From Candidatus Sericytochromatia bacterium (GTDB lineage Bacteria > Cyanobacteriota > Sericytochromatia > S15B-MN24 > JAQBPE01): a stretch of DNA of 50,903 bases. The DNA is taken from the NCBI GenBank assembly GCA_040400605.1, contig JBBAPZ010000009.1, positions 15,604-66,506 of the forward strand, given 5' to 3'. Shown here one piece after another: positions 36,731 to 46,659 of the stretch. The notes under the pieces are model-generated. The model was not told the origin of the DNA. It was given only the letters and a program-made list of their open reading frames with translations, and made no database searches. Position 1 is the stretch's first letter. Each line of letters opens with the position of its first letter. The position numbers and the translations under genes are program-made.

Positions 36731-36958
36731 GTAACTACGGAGCAGCCAGCGCAAACGACGGTTTGCAAGCAGCAATCTCTCGTCCCTGTCCGTGCTGTTT
36801 GCCATTCGGAAGGTGGTCCGTGGCGCTTGGTACCACTCAGTTAACACAGAACTCACCAATTGGTGATCAAATTTTGGCTGCTATTAAATAACAGCACGTC
36901 AGTGTCGGGTGTTTTGACCTTGCCGCGTCAGTTTTGAACAAGAACCGATGTGTCACTG
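36731..36958 (+). repeat. Most complete copy of the ~220-bp intergenic repeat unit
   Basis: Contains all blocks in order: GTAACTA, GCAAAC, TTGCAAGC, GTGCTGTTTGCCATTCG, GTCCGTGGCGCTTGGT, TGATCAAATTTTGGCTG, TAAATAACAGC, TGTTTTGA, GAACA, GTCACTG. Confidence 0.9.
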
Positions 36959-37061
36959 TTTGATACGCAGCATGTCACAGAACAGCCAAGCAACAGTCAG
37001 CTGACACAACCAAGCCGTCTGCGAATGCGTTACGATAAGCATCAGGAGGGCCAAAGCGTTC

Positions 37062-40000
37062 ATGCAAGTGACCCAAACAGCGAACGACAGTGAGCTTGCG
37101 CACCCAATGTTGGGCGTCGAGTGGCAGGTAGCGCCCCTGTTTTGCCTGGCTTTGGCTCAAAACGCCGTGCCTTTGATCCAAAGCGTCACGCTCACGAATC
37201 ACACGACTTGCCCGCTGAGTGAGTTAATACTCGAATTGTCCGTCGAACCAAGTCTGGTTGCGTGCAAGCGCCTGCCACTGGCGGTCGAATTGGATGGGAA
37301 CGAGACCACCACGGTGGGGCCACTCGACTTTACGATCCATGCGCGCGCGTTGCTCGGGATTCAAGAACGCGAACCGGTCAGTCTGATGTGGCGCCTGAGC
37401 CAGGGCATGGTCACATTGGCTTGCGGTGAGGTGCCTTTTGTATTGCAGTCGTATGACCATTGGCCGCACAGCCAGGCTTGGCCCGGACTGCTAGGCGCAT
37501 TTGTGCTGCCAAATGAGCCGGTGGTGCGCTCACTGGTACGTCAAGTCTCTGATCACATGCTGCGGCAAGGGCTCAATCACGCACTGGAGGGGTATCAATC
37601 CCGTGACCGGGCGCGGGTGCGTCAATTGGCGATCGCCTGTTACGAAACGCTTGAAACACGCGGTTTGAGCTACGTGACATCGCCACCAAGCTTCGAGCCG
37701 ACCGGGCAAAAAGTCAGACTCCCCGACGTGCTGTGGCGTGATCGGATGGGCTGCTGCCTCGATTTGGCCGTCTTAAACGCCGCCATGCTCGAACAGATGG
37801 GCCTTAACCCCTTGCTGTTCCTGTTGGATGGGCACGCATTGATTGGCGTCTGGCTCGAGGACGACGGCTTTCCTGAGGGCGTCATTCATGCCCTGTCACG
37901 TGTACGAAACGAGATAGCCTTGGAGCGCCTTTTGGTCTGGGACATCACCGCAGCCACCGCTACGCGCGCCCAAGGCTTTGAATCGGCGTGCAAAAGCGCT
38001 TTGCAGCAGTTACAACAAGCCGATACGTTTGACTGCGTGCTGGATGTCAGGGTGTTACGCCGCGTCCCGATTCGTCCCCTTGCCTTGCGAAACCCGATAC
38101 CAGACTTGGCTTCTTCAGACGAAACACCGGAGACACCCACCGGAGACGTGTTAACAGCACCGGTCACATTCGAGGATTTCGGCGTCGGGCAGAGTGACGT
38201 TCAAGATGCCCTTGCGGCCCGTTTCACGCGCTGGCAAGAACAACTTCTGGATTTGGGCTTACGCAATCGCTTGTTGAATGTCACGTTGGGCGCCAAAAGC
38301 ACATTGCCTTTGGCAGTGCCGGAACCCGTTGTGTTGCTGCGTCACCTGTTGCAGAATCAGGCGGAGTTTCTGATACAGCCGGCCGCACGCGGACTGGCCG
38401 TTACACAAGCAAGCATTGCCAATACATTGGCAAGCACGCCCGATGAAGGTATCAACCAATTCGAACGCTTGCTTGTGCGTGGTCACTTGCCAAGCAAGCT
38501 CACGGAACCCGACTGTACGCACCGTTTGCGACATTTGGCGCACCAAGCCCGGGTCATGTGGGAAGAAAGCGGGGCCCACACCCTCTATCTGGCGGTTGGG
38601 TTTTTACGTTGGAGTCAGGGCAATAAAGTAAATTCGGCATCCAGCTTCCTGGCGCCTTTGGCACTGTGCCCCGTCACACTCGGTTTGGACCGCGTCCGTG
38701 GTGGCTATCGTCTGAGTTGGACGGGTGATGACATGGTGCCCAATGTCACGCTTTTTGAGAAACTTCGGCGCGATCACGACATGGAACTGGCAGGCGTCGC
38801 GCAATGGTTGACAGGCGACGAAGGACCCGACCTTGCGCGTTATTTCCGACACATCCGCCAAAGCATCAAACGCCTCGAGCAGTGGGAGGTTTTGGAAGAA
38901 ACCCATCTTGGGCTGTTTTCGTTCAGCAAATTCCTGATGTGGCGGGATCTTGCCGACAACCGGTCCGCACTGTTACAAAACGCGGTCGTTTGGCAGATTG
39001 CGAGCCCGGATGGCGATCGCCCGGCCGTTCCTGACGCCCAAACGCCGCCCGACCCGGAAGAAATCCGCTGTGTACTCGATGCAGATTCAAGTCAACTGGA
39101 AGCAATCCGCGCAGCACTGACAGGCGAATCCTTCGTGTTGCAGGGGCCACCCGGCACCGGCAAAAGTCAGACGATTACAAACATGATTGCTGCTTTGCTC
39201 GGTGACGGAAAACGCGTGCTGTTTGTATCAGAGAAAATGGCTGCCTTGCAGGTGGTATACAAGCGCCTCTGCAATGTCGGCCTCGAGGATTTCTGTCTCA
39301 ACCTGCACCATCAAGGCAGCAACAAAAAGACGCTTTATCAGTCACTCAAAGCAACTTACCAACGTGCCGAGCGCGTGGGACAAGTACCTTGGGAGGAAAG
39401 CATCGCCGAACGTCGAACGCTCACAGGCACACTCAATCAGGTGCATCGCGCTTTGCATCAACCCACGCGCACGGGGTTCAGTGTGCACGAAGCCCTTTTG
39501 CGGCGTATCCAACTGGAGCAAGTCGCGGTGCTCGGTGGTACATTTGCGGGCATTGAGCATTGGGATGCCGCACGCTGGCTTGAGACACTGCGGCTTGTTG
39601 CCGCGTTTTTTGAGCGCGCGCGCGATGTCTGGCCCATTGCAACCAACCCGTGGCGCGGCTTCAAGCCGGGTGCCTGGCATGCCCCTGTCAGGTTCGAACT
39701 GGAAAACCTGCTTGAGCGGATACCAATGCTTGTGACCACCCTCACGACGATCGAAACACGTTGTTGGGAATTGCTTGAACAAAAAGATACCCCAACACAA
39801 CAAATCCTCAGGGCTGGGGTCATTCTGGCCGGGCAACTGGCGCAGGGGGTCATACCTATTGGCGCATGCGATCCCGCCTGGCCTGAATGGCGCGCCAGGG
39901 GCGAAGCGTTCGTGCGTCTCGATGAGGAGGTGGGGCAGCTTCGCGCAGCGCTCTTGCGCGACTGGCCCATCACCCTCACAAGCCTGGATGAGGGCAATCT

Positions 40001-42911
40001 CCTGGCACGTTTCAAACGCGGGCAAAAAGCGCCGACCTGGCTACACTGGCTGACCCTGCGTGGTGTCAGGCGCACGCTGGACGCGCTGAAACCCGGGGCA
40101 TCCCTTCGCGATGACGACCGTTTGGATGTGCTGATTCGTCTGCAAACGTTGCGCGCGCGAACGCAACAACTGGATGACATGCGAGGGGGCTTGTGGGCGA
40201 TCCTCGAATTGGCGCCCGACGCGGCGCATGACACGTTCACCCGGCGTTTTCACGCAGTTTGCGAGGCATTGACGCCCCATGAGGGTTTGGGGGAATGGGC
40301 TTTTGCGATCGCCAGGGCAGTGGCCGACAAGCGGGCCGGCAACGGAAAACACTGGCACGAGCTGTGTGAAGGGCTCAAGCAGTATCAGCAGGCTGACCAC
40401 GAATGGACGGAATTGATAACACGCCTGCGGGTCATTCTAGGCTTGGGCGATGGAAATGACTGGCCATCACCTGAGCCAGCCAACCCCCGCGAGGCGCTGC
40501 TTGCGATTACCCAGCGCCTGACACCCGCTTTATCCGGTATGCAGGCGTGGTGCTTTTATCAGCAAACCTGTCAGGAGTTGGCACAATCGGGCCTTGGTTG
40601 GTTGGTTGCGGCCCACGTGGACTCGCGGCTCCCAAACACTTTTCGGCCCGAATGCGTCGAACGTGGCATGCTGGATGCCTGGCTCAAGGGGCAGTTGGCG
40701 GAAAACGCCGTTCTCGCCGGTTTTTATGGTCCTGAGTTCGAACGCGTCGCGCAACGGTTCGCAGCCTGTGATGCAGATATGCTGATGCTGGCTCGGCGTT
40801 GGATCATTGCGCAACTGGAAGCCAGATTACCCCAGGCGCGTCAAGACGTGGCGGAACGGTCCGAGCCTGGTTTGCTCATGCGTGAGGCAGCCAAAAAAAC
40901 GCGGCAAATGCCGCTTCGGATGGGCTTAAGCAAGATGCCCCATCTCATCGCACGTCTCAAACCCTGTTTTTTGATGTCACCTTTGTCGGTTGCGCAGTAT
41001 TTGCCAGCAGGGGATACGCCTTTCGATGTCGTCATTTTTGATGAGGCGTCTCAAATCGGCACCCACGACGCGATTGGGGCGATCGCCCGCGGGCGTCAGG
41101 TCATCATCGTGGGCGACAGTCAGCAACTGCCTCCCACGCGTTTCTTCCATCGCAAAAACGATGCTGACGCCCTGCCGGATGATTGTGATGTCATTGAACT
41201 GGAAAGCATTCTGGATGAAGCGGTGGCCAAGGAGTTACCCGTCCGCACGCTGAATTGGCATTATCGTTCGCGGCATGATGATCTCATTGCTTTCAGCAAC
41301 CGCTATCACTACGACAACCGTCTGCAAATTTTTCCACCGGCCGCTCGTCACGTGGGTGATCGTGGGGTCAAATGGCACCACGTTCCCGAGGGCGTTTACC
41401 TTGGCAAACACGCAGACGAAGAGGCCGAAGCGGGAACTAACCCCAGCGAGGCAGCGGCGTTGGTCACGCACCTGCTCGATGCGTTGAGACAGACACCACC
41501 CGGCCAACGCAGCTTCGGCGTGGTGACCTTTAACCTGGCACAACAGATGTTGATTTTGGAACTGCTGGAAGAAGCGCGGGCGAACGACCCCAGCCTGGAA
41601 GACCACTTTCGTGGATCCGAGGGACTCTTCGTCAAAAATCTGGAAAATGTACAAGGGGATGAGCGGGATGTGGTCTACTTCAGTGTTTGCTATGCGCCGG
41701 ATCGCCGTGGTCGCATGCGCATGGCGTTCGGCCCGCTTGGAATGAGCGGGGGCGAACGGCGTCTCAATGTGGCCATTACCCGTGCACGGGACGCGCTGCA
41801 CGTGTTTTCGAGCATCGATGCCCAGGCAATCGATCTCAACCGCGCAGGCAGTGTGGGCGCGCGACACCTCAAAGCGTTTCTACGCTTTGCTGCGGCTTGC
41901 ACCCAAGCCAGCGAGCAGCCGCCACCCGCCAGCGAAAGCGCTCACCCTTTGATCGCCTCGCTGCAAGATGCCTTGCAACAAGCGGGTTATCTTGTCGACA
42001 CAGCCGTTGGAACGGGACAATACCGCATGGCGCTGGCAATCAGGCATCCGAAACGTCCCGGGTCTTACGCCCTCGGCATCGAAGTTGATGCGCCACCAAC
42101 CATGGATGTATTCCCGTGTCGTGATCACGAACGCATCCGGCCCACTTTGCTGGCTGCGCTGGGTTGGAAGCGCCAGCGGGTCTTGGCCTTATCTTGGTGG
42201 TTGGACCGGAGCGGACAATGGCAACGCCTGACACGCGCGCTGGATGACGCGCTTGACGCACCCCTCGATGACACGGTGATGGCAGGACCTGCGCTTGTCG
42301 TTGAAGATACCGTGCCCGCATCCGAGACCGCCAGTACGCCACACCAAAGCCCAGAACCGCCCATCAAGCCCTATTCACGTTACGCGTGGCCAACGCCCGG
42401 GCAACCCATTTCTACACTGGCAACAATTGATGCGGCCGAGTGGCAAGACCTCATTTGCGACGTGGTGCATCTGGAAGGACCCATCCCTGATAAACTCCTG
42501 AGCAAGCGAGTGGCTGAGCTGTTTCAGTTGCCCCGTGTGACGGAGGCCCTGACAAAACGCATCCAATCAGCGATCGCCGCACTGCTGGACGCGGATCGCA
42601 TCCAACATCACGAACAGATTTACTGGTCACCAACACTGCCCCCCCGCAGTATGACCCGCTGTCGGGTTGGCGAACGGGATGCGGGTTTTTGGGTGGCAGA
42701 AGAACTGGCCTTGTTACTCGAGTGGGTATTGAACCACAATGTCGCCGTCACACCGGAGGTTGCAACCAAAGAGGTTGCGCGCTTGATGGGCCTGCACCGC
42801 CCAAATCGTCACGCCGTCGAAGCGGTGCAAAAAGCGATGGGCGTATTGCTCACGCGGGGTGCCGCCCATCTTGGCGACGACGGTCAGTGGGTTGGGCAAT
42901 CCCGGTCTTGA
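37062..42911 (+). CDS. DUF4011 / SF1 (Upf1-like) helicase / Vsr-like / DUF3320 multidomain protein (Hhe-like) with an N-terminal transglutaminase-like domain
   Basis: WQEQLLDLGLRNRLLN and EESGAHTLYLAVGFLRW (DUF4011). DADSSQ, QGPPGTGKSQT, FDEASQ, GDSQQLPP, HYRSR, ENVQGDERD and RRLNVAITRAR (SF1). GIEVD..RD..R...LGW (Vsr-like). VVHLEGPI (DUF3320-like). N-terminal GCCLD...GHA. Confidence 0.92.
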   Translation: MQVTQTANDSELAHPMLGVEWQVAPLFCLALAQNAVPLIQSVTLTNHTTCPLSELILELSVEPSLVACKRLPLAVELDGNETTTVGPLDFTIHARALLGIQEREPVSLMWRLSQGMVTLACGEVPFVLQSYDHWPHSQAWPGLLGAFVLPNEPVVRSLVRQVSDHMLRQGLNHALEGYQSRDRARVRQLAIACYETLETRGLSYVTSPPSFEPTGQKVRLPDVLWRDRMGCCLDLAVLNAAMLEQMGLNPLLFLLDGHALIGVWLEDDGFPEGVIHALSRVRNEIALERLLVWDITAATATRAQGFESACKSALQQLQQADTFDCVLDVRVLRRVPIRPLALRNPIPDLASSDETPETPTGDVLTAPVTFEDFGVGQSDVQDALAARFTRWQEQLLDLGLRNRLLNVTLGAKSTLPLAVPEPVVLLRHLLQNQAEFLIQPAARGLAVTQASIANTLASTPDEGINQFERLLVRGHLPSKLTEPDCTHRLRHLAHQARVMWEESGAHTLYLAVGFLRWSQGNKVNSASSFLAPLALCPVTLGLDRVRGGYRLSWTGDDMVPNVTLFEKLRRDHDMELAGVAQWLTGDEGPDLARYFRHIRQSIKRLEQWEVLEETHLGLFSFSKFLMWRDLADNRSALLQNAVVWQIASPDGDRPAVPDAQTPPDPEEIRCVLDADSSQLEAIRAALTGESFVLQGPPGTGKSQTITNMIAALLGDGKRVLFVSEKMAALQVVYKRLCNVGLEDFCLNLHHQGSNKKTLYQSLKATYQRAERVGQVPWEESIAERRTLTGTLNQVHRALHQPTRTGFSVHEALLRRIQLEQVAVLGGTFAGIEHWDAARWLETLRLVAAFFERARDVWPIATNPWRGFKPGAWHAPVRFELENLLERIPMLVTTLTTIETRCWELLEQKDTPTQQILRAGVILAGQLAQGVIPIGACDPAWPEWRARGEAFVRLDEEVGQLRAALLRDWPITLTSLDEGNLLARFKRGQKAPTWLHWLTLRGVRRTLDALKPGASLRDDDRLDVLIRLQTLRARTQQLDDMRGGLWAILELAPDAAHDTFTRRFHAVCEALTPHEGLGEWAFAIARAVADKRAGNGKHWHELCEGLKQYQQADHEWTELITRLRVILGLGDGNDWPSPEPANPREALLAITQRLTPALSGMQAWCFYQQTCQELAQSGLGWLVAAHVDSRLPNTFRPECVERGMLDAWLKGQLAENAVLAGFYGPEFERVAQRFAACDADMLMLARRWIIAQLEARLPQARQDVAERSEPGLLMREAAKKTRQMPLRMGLSKMPHLIARLKPCFLMSPLSVAQYLPAGDTPFDVVIFDEASQIGTHDAIGAIARGRQVIIVGDSQQLPPTRFFHRKNDADALPDDCDVIELESILDEAVAKELPVRTLNWHYRSRHDDLIAFSNRYHYDNRLQIFPPAARHVGDRGVKWHHVPEGVYLGKHADEEAEAGTNPSEAAALVTHLLDALRQTPPGQRSFGVVTFNLAQQMLILELLEEARANDPSLEDHFRGSEGLFVKNLENVQGDERDVVYFSVCYAPDRRGRMRMAFGPLGMSGGERRLNVAITRARDALHVFSSIDAQAIDLNRAGSVGARHLKAFLRFAAACTQASEQPPPASESAHPLIASLQDALQQAGYLVDTAVGTGQYRMALAIRHPKRPGSYALGIEVDAPPTMDVFPCRDHERIRPTLLAALGWKRQRVLALSWWLDRSGQWQRLTRALDDALDAPLDDTVMAGPALVVEDTVPASETASTPHQSPEPPIKPYSRYAWPTPGQPISTLATIDAAEWQDLICDVVHLEGPIPDKLLSKRVAELFQLPRVTEALTKRIQSAIAALLDADRIQHHEQIYWSPTLPPRSMTRCRVGERDAGFWVAEELALLLEWVLNHNVAVTPEVATKEVARLMGLHRPNRHAVEAVQKAMGVLLTRGAAHLGDDGQWVGQSRS

Positions 42912-42936
42912 CGACACCCGGTCAAACCGGCCGCCA

Positions 42937-43863
42937 TCAGCGGGATGGTTCAACGAGCCGTGAGCTGGCAGCGACGGGACCGGGATGCACTTCCTCATGG
43001 GAGGCCGGTTCGAGGTGGGTGGTGATGTGAACATACTCATCCGGGAACAACGCGTTGATGCGACCTTCGATTTCAGCAGCGCGCGCATGGGCCTCTTTCA
43101 GTGTCCAGTCATCCGGAAACAGGAGGTGGGCCTCGACAAACACCTCGTGTCCAACCCTGCGATGTCTCACCGCGTGATAACTGATGAGCGACGCATCCTC
43201 GATCGCTTCGGCCAGGCACCCCTCAATGCGACGCGCTTCCTCGGGCAAGGAGTGATCCATCAGGCCGCGAAAGCTCAAACGTAACAATTGGCAAGCACTC
43301 CAGACAATCTGAACGCCCACGATCACGGCAATCAGCGGATCCAACCACGTCAACCCGGTTAACCAGACCACCGCGATGCCAACCAAAACACCCACACTGG
43401 TCAAGCAATCAGACAAGACATGCTGCCCATTTGCCAACAACACCAACGACCGGGTCGTGCGCCCCACATGCATCAAATACCACGCAAGCACCCCGTTAAT
43501 CGTCGCCAAAACCGCGGTAATCGCAAGGCCCGCACCCAAACTCTGCAGTTCCGAACCAAACCACAGCGCACGCACGCTCACAAACAAAATCGACAGCGCC
43601 GCAACCAGAATCAAGGCACCCTCAAAGCCAGCGGAAAAATAGGCCACCTTGCCGTGCCCGTAGGGGTGATCCTCATCGGCCGGTTGACGACTCCACCAGA
43701 GCGCAAATGCTGCCACACCCGTCGCCACAATATGAATGACCGATTCACACGCATCCGAAAAAAGCGCCACCGAACCCGTGAGCGTCGCGGCCACAATCTT
43801 GCCAACCAGCATCAGGCAAGCCGTGGCCAAACTCGCCCCCATTGCCCAACGATGCTGCGCCAT
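42937..43863 (-). CDS. Cation diffusion facilitator (FieF-like) transporter
   Basis: TGSVALFSDACES, PADEDHPYGHGK and HVLSD motifs, with C-terminal EAH...HLEP. Confidence 0.93.
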   Translation of the reverse strand: MAQHRWAMGASLATACLMLVGKIVAATLTGSVALFSDACESVIHIVATGVAAFALWWSRQPADEDHPYGHGKVAYFSAGFEGALILVAALSILFVSVRALWFGSELQSLGAGLAITAVLATINGVLAWYLMHVGRTTRSLVLLANGQHVLSDCLTSVGVLVGIAVVWLTGLTWLDPLIAVIVGVQIVWSACQLLRLSFRGLMDHSLPEEARRIEGCLAEAIEDASLISYHAVRHRRVGHEVFVEAHLLFPDDWTLKEAHARAAEIEGRINALFPDEYVHITTHLEPASHEEVHPGPVAASSRLVEPSR

Positions 43864-43916
43864 GGCACCCCCTTCAACCAACCTGACCCCATGGTGCAAG
43901 GTACCGGATGGCCATG

Positions 43917-44558
43917 TCAAATCGTGCGCGCACCACCCGTCAGGAGGGCCACAACGTCATCATCCGCTACTTGCGCAAAATCCAGATAATATTGTCCGAC
44001 AGCATTAAAACCTGTGGGTACGGTCAAAGCAACCACCAACGTCGCGTGTGCGCACAAGTGTTCGTAGCTATCGGTCGGGATAACCGGTGCTGCAACGATC
44101 ACCGCGCGGGGTTGCAAACGCCACGCATCGACCAAGGCGGCTTGCATGCTCATCCCGGTCGCCACGCCGTCATCAACGAGGACTGCACTCCTGTGACGCA
44201 ACACCAACGGGGGACGCGCTGCGCGGAGGCGTTGCTCCCGATTGATGGCCTCGGTGGAGGCTTTGGCCGCAAGGGCGCTTTGCTCGGCAATCGTCACACC
44301 GAGGGCCTGCAAAACCGGTTCGTTCCACACGCAGGTGCCGCGTGCCGTTACCGCACCGATGGCGAGCTCGCTTTGGCCCGGCGCGCCAATCTTGCGGACG
44401 ACCAGTACATCGAGCGGTGCGTCAAGGGCGCTGGCGATGGGTGCCGCAACGGCCACGCCGCCACGGGGCAAGCCCAGGATAATCGGGTCAATCACGGTGT
44501 GTGCCTGCAGTGCTGTCGCCAACAGGCGCCCTGCCTCCATACGATCCCGAAAAATCAT
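43917..44558 (-). CDS. Phosphoribosyltransferase-family protein
   Basis: FRDRMEAGRLL, LGLPRGGVAV, VRKIGAP, VLVDDGVATG and AVGQYYLDFAQV. Confidence 0.92.
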   Translation of the reverse strand: MIFRDRMEAGRLLATALQAHTVIDPIILGLPRGGVAVAAPIASALDAPLDVLVVRKIGAPGQSELAIGAVTARGTCVWNEPVLQALGVTIAEQSALAAKASTEAINREQRLRAARPPLVLRHRSAVLVDDGVATGMSMQAALVDAWRLQPRAVIVAAPVIPTDSYEHLCAHATLVVALTVPTGFNAVGQYYLDFAQVADDDVVALLTGGARTI

Positions 44559-44594
44559 GATGCACTCCCCCACTCGATGCGTGATGCCCAAATG

Positions 44595-44716
44595 CCAAAA
44601 CAGGCGGTCGTTGGTTGATGGCAACAAGTCATGACCACCAGGGCATCACTTGGTCGATGAAAAACCTGACGGGCTGATTCGGCGCCTAGGTGCAGGAAAC
44701 CGAAACAAACGGCAAA
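44595..44716 (-). repeat. Divergent reverse-orientation copy of the intergenic repeat unit
   Basis: Minus strand reads TTTGCCGTTTG, 56 nt, GTGAT, exactly 42 nt, TGTTTTGG. Confidence 0.45.
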
Positions 44717-44887
44717 TCGGGCACTTGTTTGATAGCAAGACGTGACCAATGGATGCAAAGCCGACCGCAGGAGGAGTTTAGGCGACATCAGGGTCAAGCC
44801 AAGGCGACTGGCAGCGCTTGTGTCTGTGGCAGAAACCCTTAGGATCACGCGTTGAAGGGTCAGCATAACCACGTTGAGGAGGGCCAG

Positions 44888-46129
44888 ATGAAAGCGTTGA
44901 TTTACCATGGGGTGGGGGACATTCGGTTAAATGATGTCCCTGAGCCGGTGATTGTTGCGCCGACCGACGCCATCGTTCGTCTCAGTGCCAGTGCCATCTG
45001 CGGGAGTGATTTGCACCTTGCGCGCGGGACGGTTGGTGGTGTGCAACCAGGCACCGTGATCGGACATGAAGGCGTGGGATTTGTCGAAGCGTTGGGGGCG
45101 GACGTGCGCAATCTGCGTGTGGGCGATCGCGTCGTGATCCCCGCAACCATCGCCTGCGGTGAATGCGCCTACTGCCGGGTGGGCTACTATGCCCAATGCG
45201 ACGAAGCCAACCCCATGGGACGACTCGCCGGCAGCGCAACGTTCGGCGGTCCCCTTCAAAGTGGCCGCTTCCACGGGTTACAGGCTGAACGGGCGCGTAT
45301 TCCCTTTGCCCACGTGGGACTTGTCAAACTGCCGGAAGCGATCACCGACGACGACGCCTTGCTGCTCTCCGACATTCTACCCACGGCCCTTTACGCCTGC
45401 GAACTCGCCGAAATCAAACGCGGCAACACCGTGGCAATTTTCGGCTGCGGCCCCGTCGGACTCATGGCCATCTGCCTTGCCAAACACCGCGGCGCCGGCC
45501 GCATACTCGCCGTAGACACCGTTGACGAACGACTCGACCTCGCTTGCCAATACGGTGCTGAAATCATCGATTACGAACGGGAAGACCCCGTGACCACCAT
45601 CCGACGCCTGACCGGCGGCATCGGCGTTGATCGGGCCATCGACGCCGTCGGCGTAGACGCCAACCGTGCCCACACCGGTCCCGCCGCAGTCGAAGGCCGC
45701 GCACTGCGCCTTCAACACCAACGCGAACTGCTGCAAATCGCACCCCACACAAAACCCAGCGGTGATAACTGGCACCCCGGCGACGCCCCCTCTCAAGCCC
45801 TCTCCTGGGCCGTGCGCGCCCTCGCCAAAGCAGGCACGCTCGGCATCGTCGGAGTCTATCCCCGCGAAGCACGCCACTTCCCCATCGGCGAAGCCATGAG
45901 CAAAGGCCTCACCATCAAAACAGGCATCTGCCACCACCGCGCCTACATCCCCAAACTCATCACCATGCTCCAGGCAGGCATTCTCGACACCAGACCCCTC
46001 ATCGCCATGCAACACCCCGCACACAACGCCCTCGAATCCATTCTGGCCTTTGACCGACGTCAAACCCCCTGGCTACGCATCAGTTGGTACCCGTGCCACA
46101 CCGAAACACCACCGCAACCCCCGGCGTGA
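44888..46129 (+). CDS. Zinc-dependent alcohol dehydrogenase (FDH-like MDR family)
   Basis: AICGSDLH, GHEGVG, ACGECAYC..QC, LSDILPT, GCGPVG and IDAVG. GAGGAGG RBS. Confidence 0.94.
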   Translation: MKALIYHGVGDIRLNDVPEPVIVAPTDAIVRLSASAICGSDLHLARGTVGGVQPGTVIGHEGVGFVEALGADVRNLRVGDRVVIPATIACGECAYCRVGYYAQCDEANPMGRLAGSATFGGPLQSGRFHGLQAERARIPFAHVGLVKLPEAITDDDALLLSDILPTALYACELAEIKRGNTVAIFGCGPVGLMAICLAKHRGAGRILAVDTVDERLDLACQYGAEIIDYEREDPVTTIRRLTGGIGVDRAIDAVGVDANRAHTGPAAVEGRALRLQHQRELLQIAPHTKPSGDNWHPGDAPSQALSWAVRALAKAGTLGIVGVYPREARHFPIGEAMSKGLTIKTGICHHRAYIPKLITMLQAGILDTRPLIAMQHPAHNALESILAFDRRQTPWLRISWYPCHTETPPQPPA

Positions 46130-46659
46130 CCGTGTCCGCCATCCCTGACCCAATCCCACCTGCTGGCAAACTAGAGGCATGGAACACCGACCCAGTCATG
46201 AACCCAATCAGGCGGCGACGCACCGGTGAAGTAACTGAATAGAAGCAAGCGAAACGCCCCCGGAGGGTTAGGGCCGATTCCAAGCTGAACAGTACTTCGG
46301 CAAGTAAGATGGTTCAACCGCCAAGAGCAGTAACCTGGGGTGGGCCCGGTCGCCTGTGGTATCCCACCCGTCTTCGCAAGCGGCGTTCGGGCGGGAGCCC
46401 TCCTCTGGCGCCAGCCACTGTCAGTATCCAACGATTGGCGCCCGAGATTATTCAGATGTATTGAAACAGCATCCGCTTGTGCTTGCTGCGCAATGCTTAC
46501 CCGGCGAATGGTTACCTCTTTAATTCTTTTTTACATTTCCTTACTATTTTAAGCAAGTTATGTGCGGTCCGATGAGATAAAAAGCCCGATGGAACGATGC
46601 CGTTGTTTGTTACGCGAAGCGTATTTTGGGGGCTAGGCGGTGTGTGAGGTCACCCGACT

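Noticed and set aside
46130..46550. Possible ncRNA downstream of the ADH gene (GGGTGGG/CCCACCC stem)
   Set aside because: Only short stems and no recognisable family motif.
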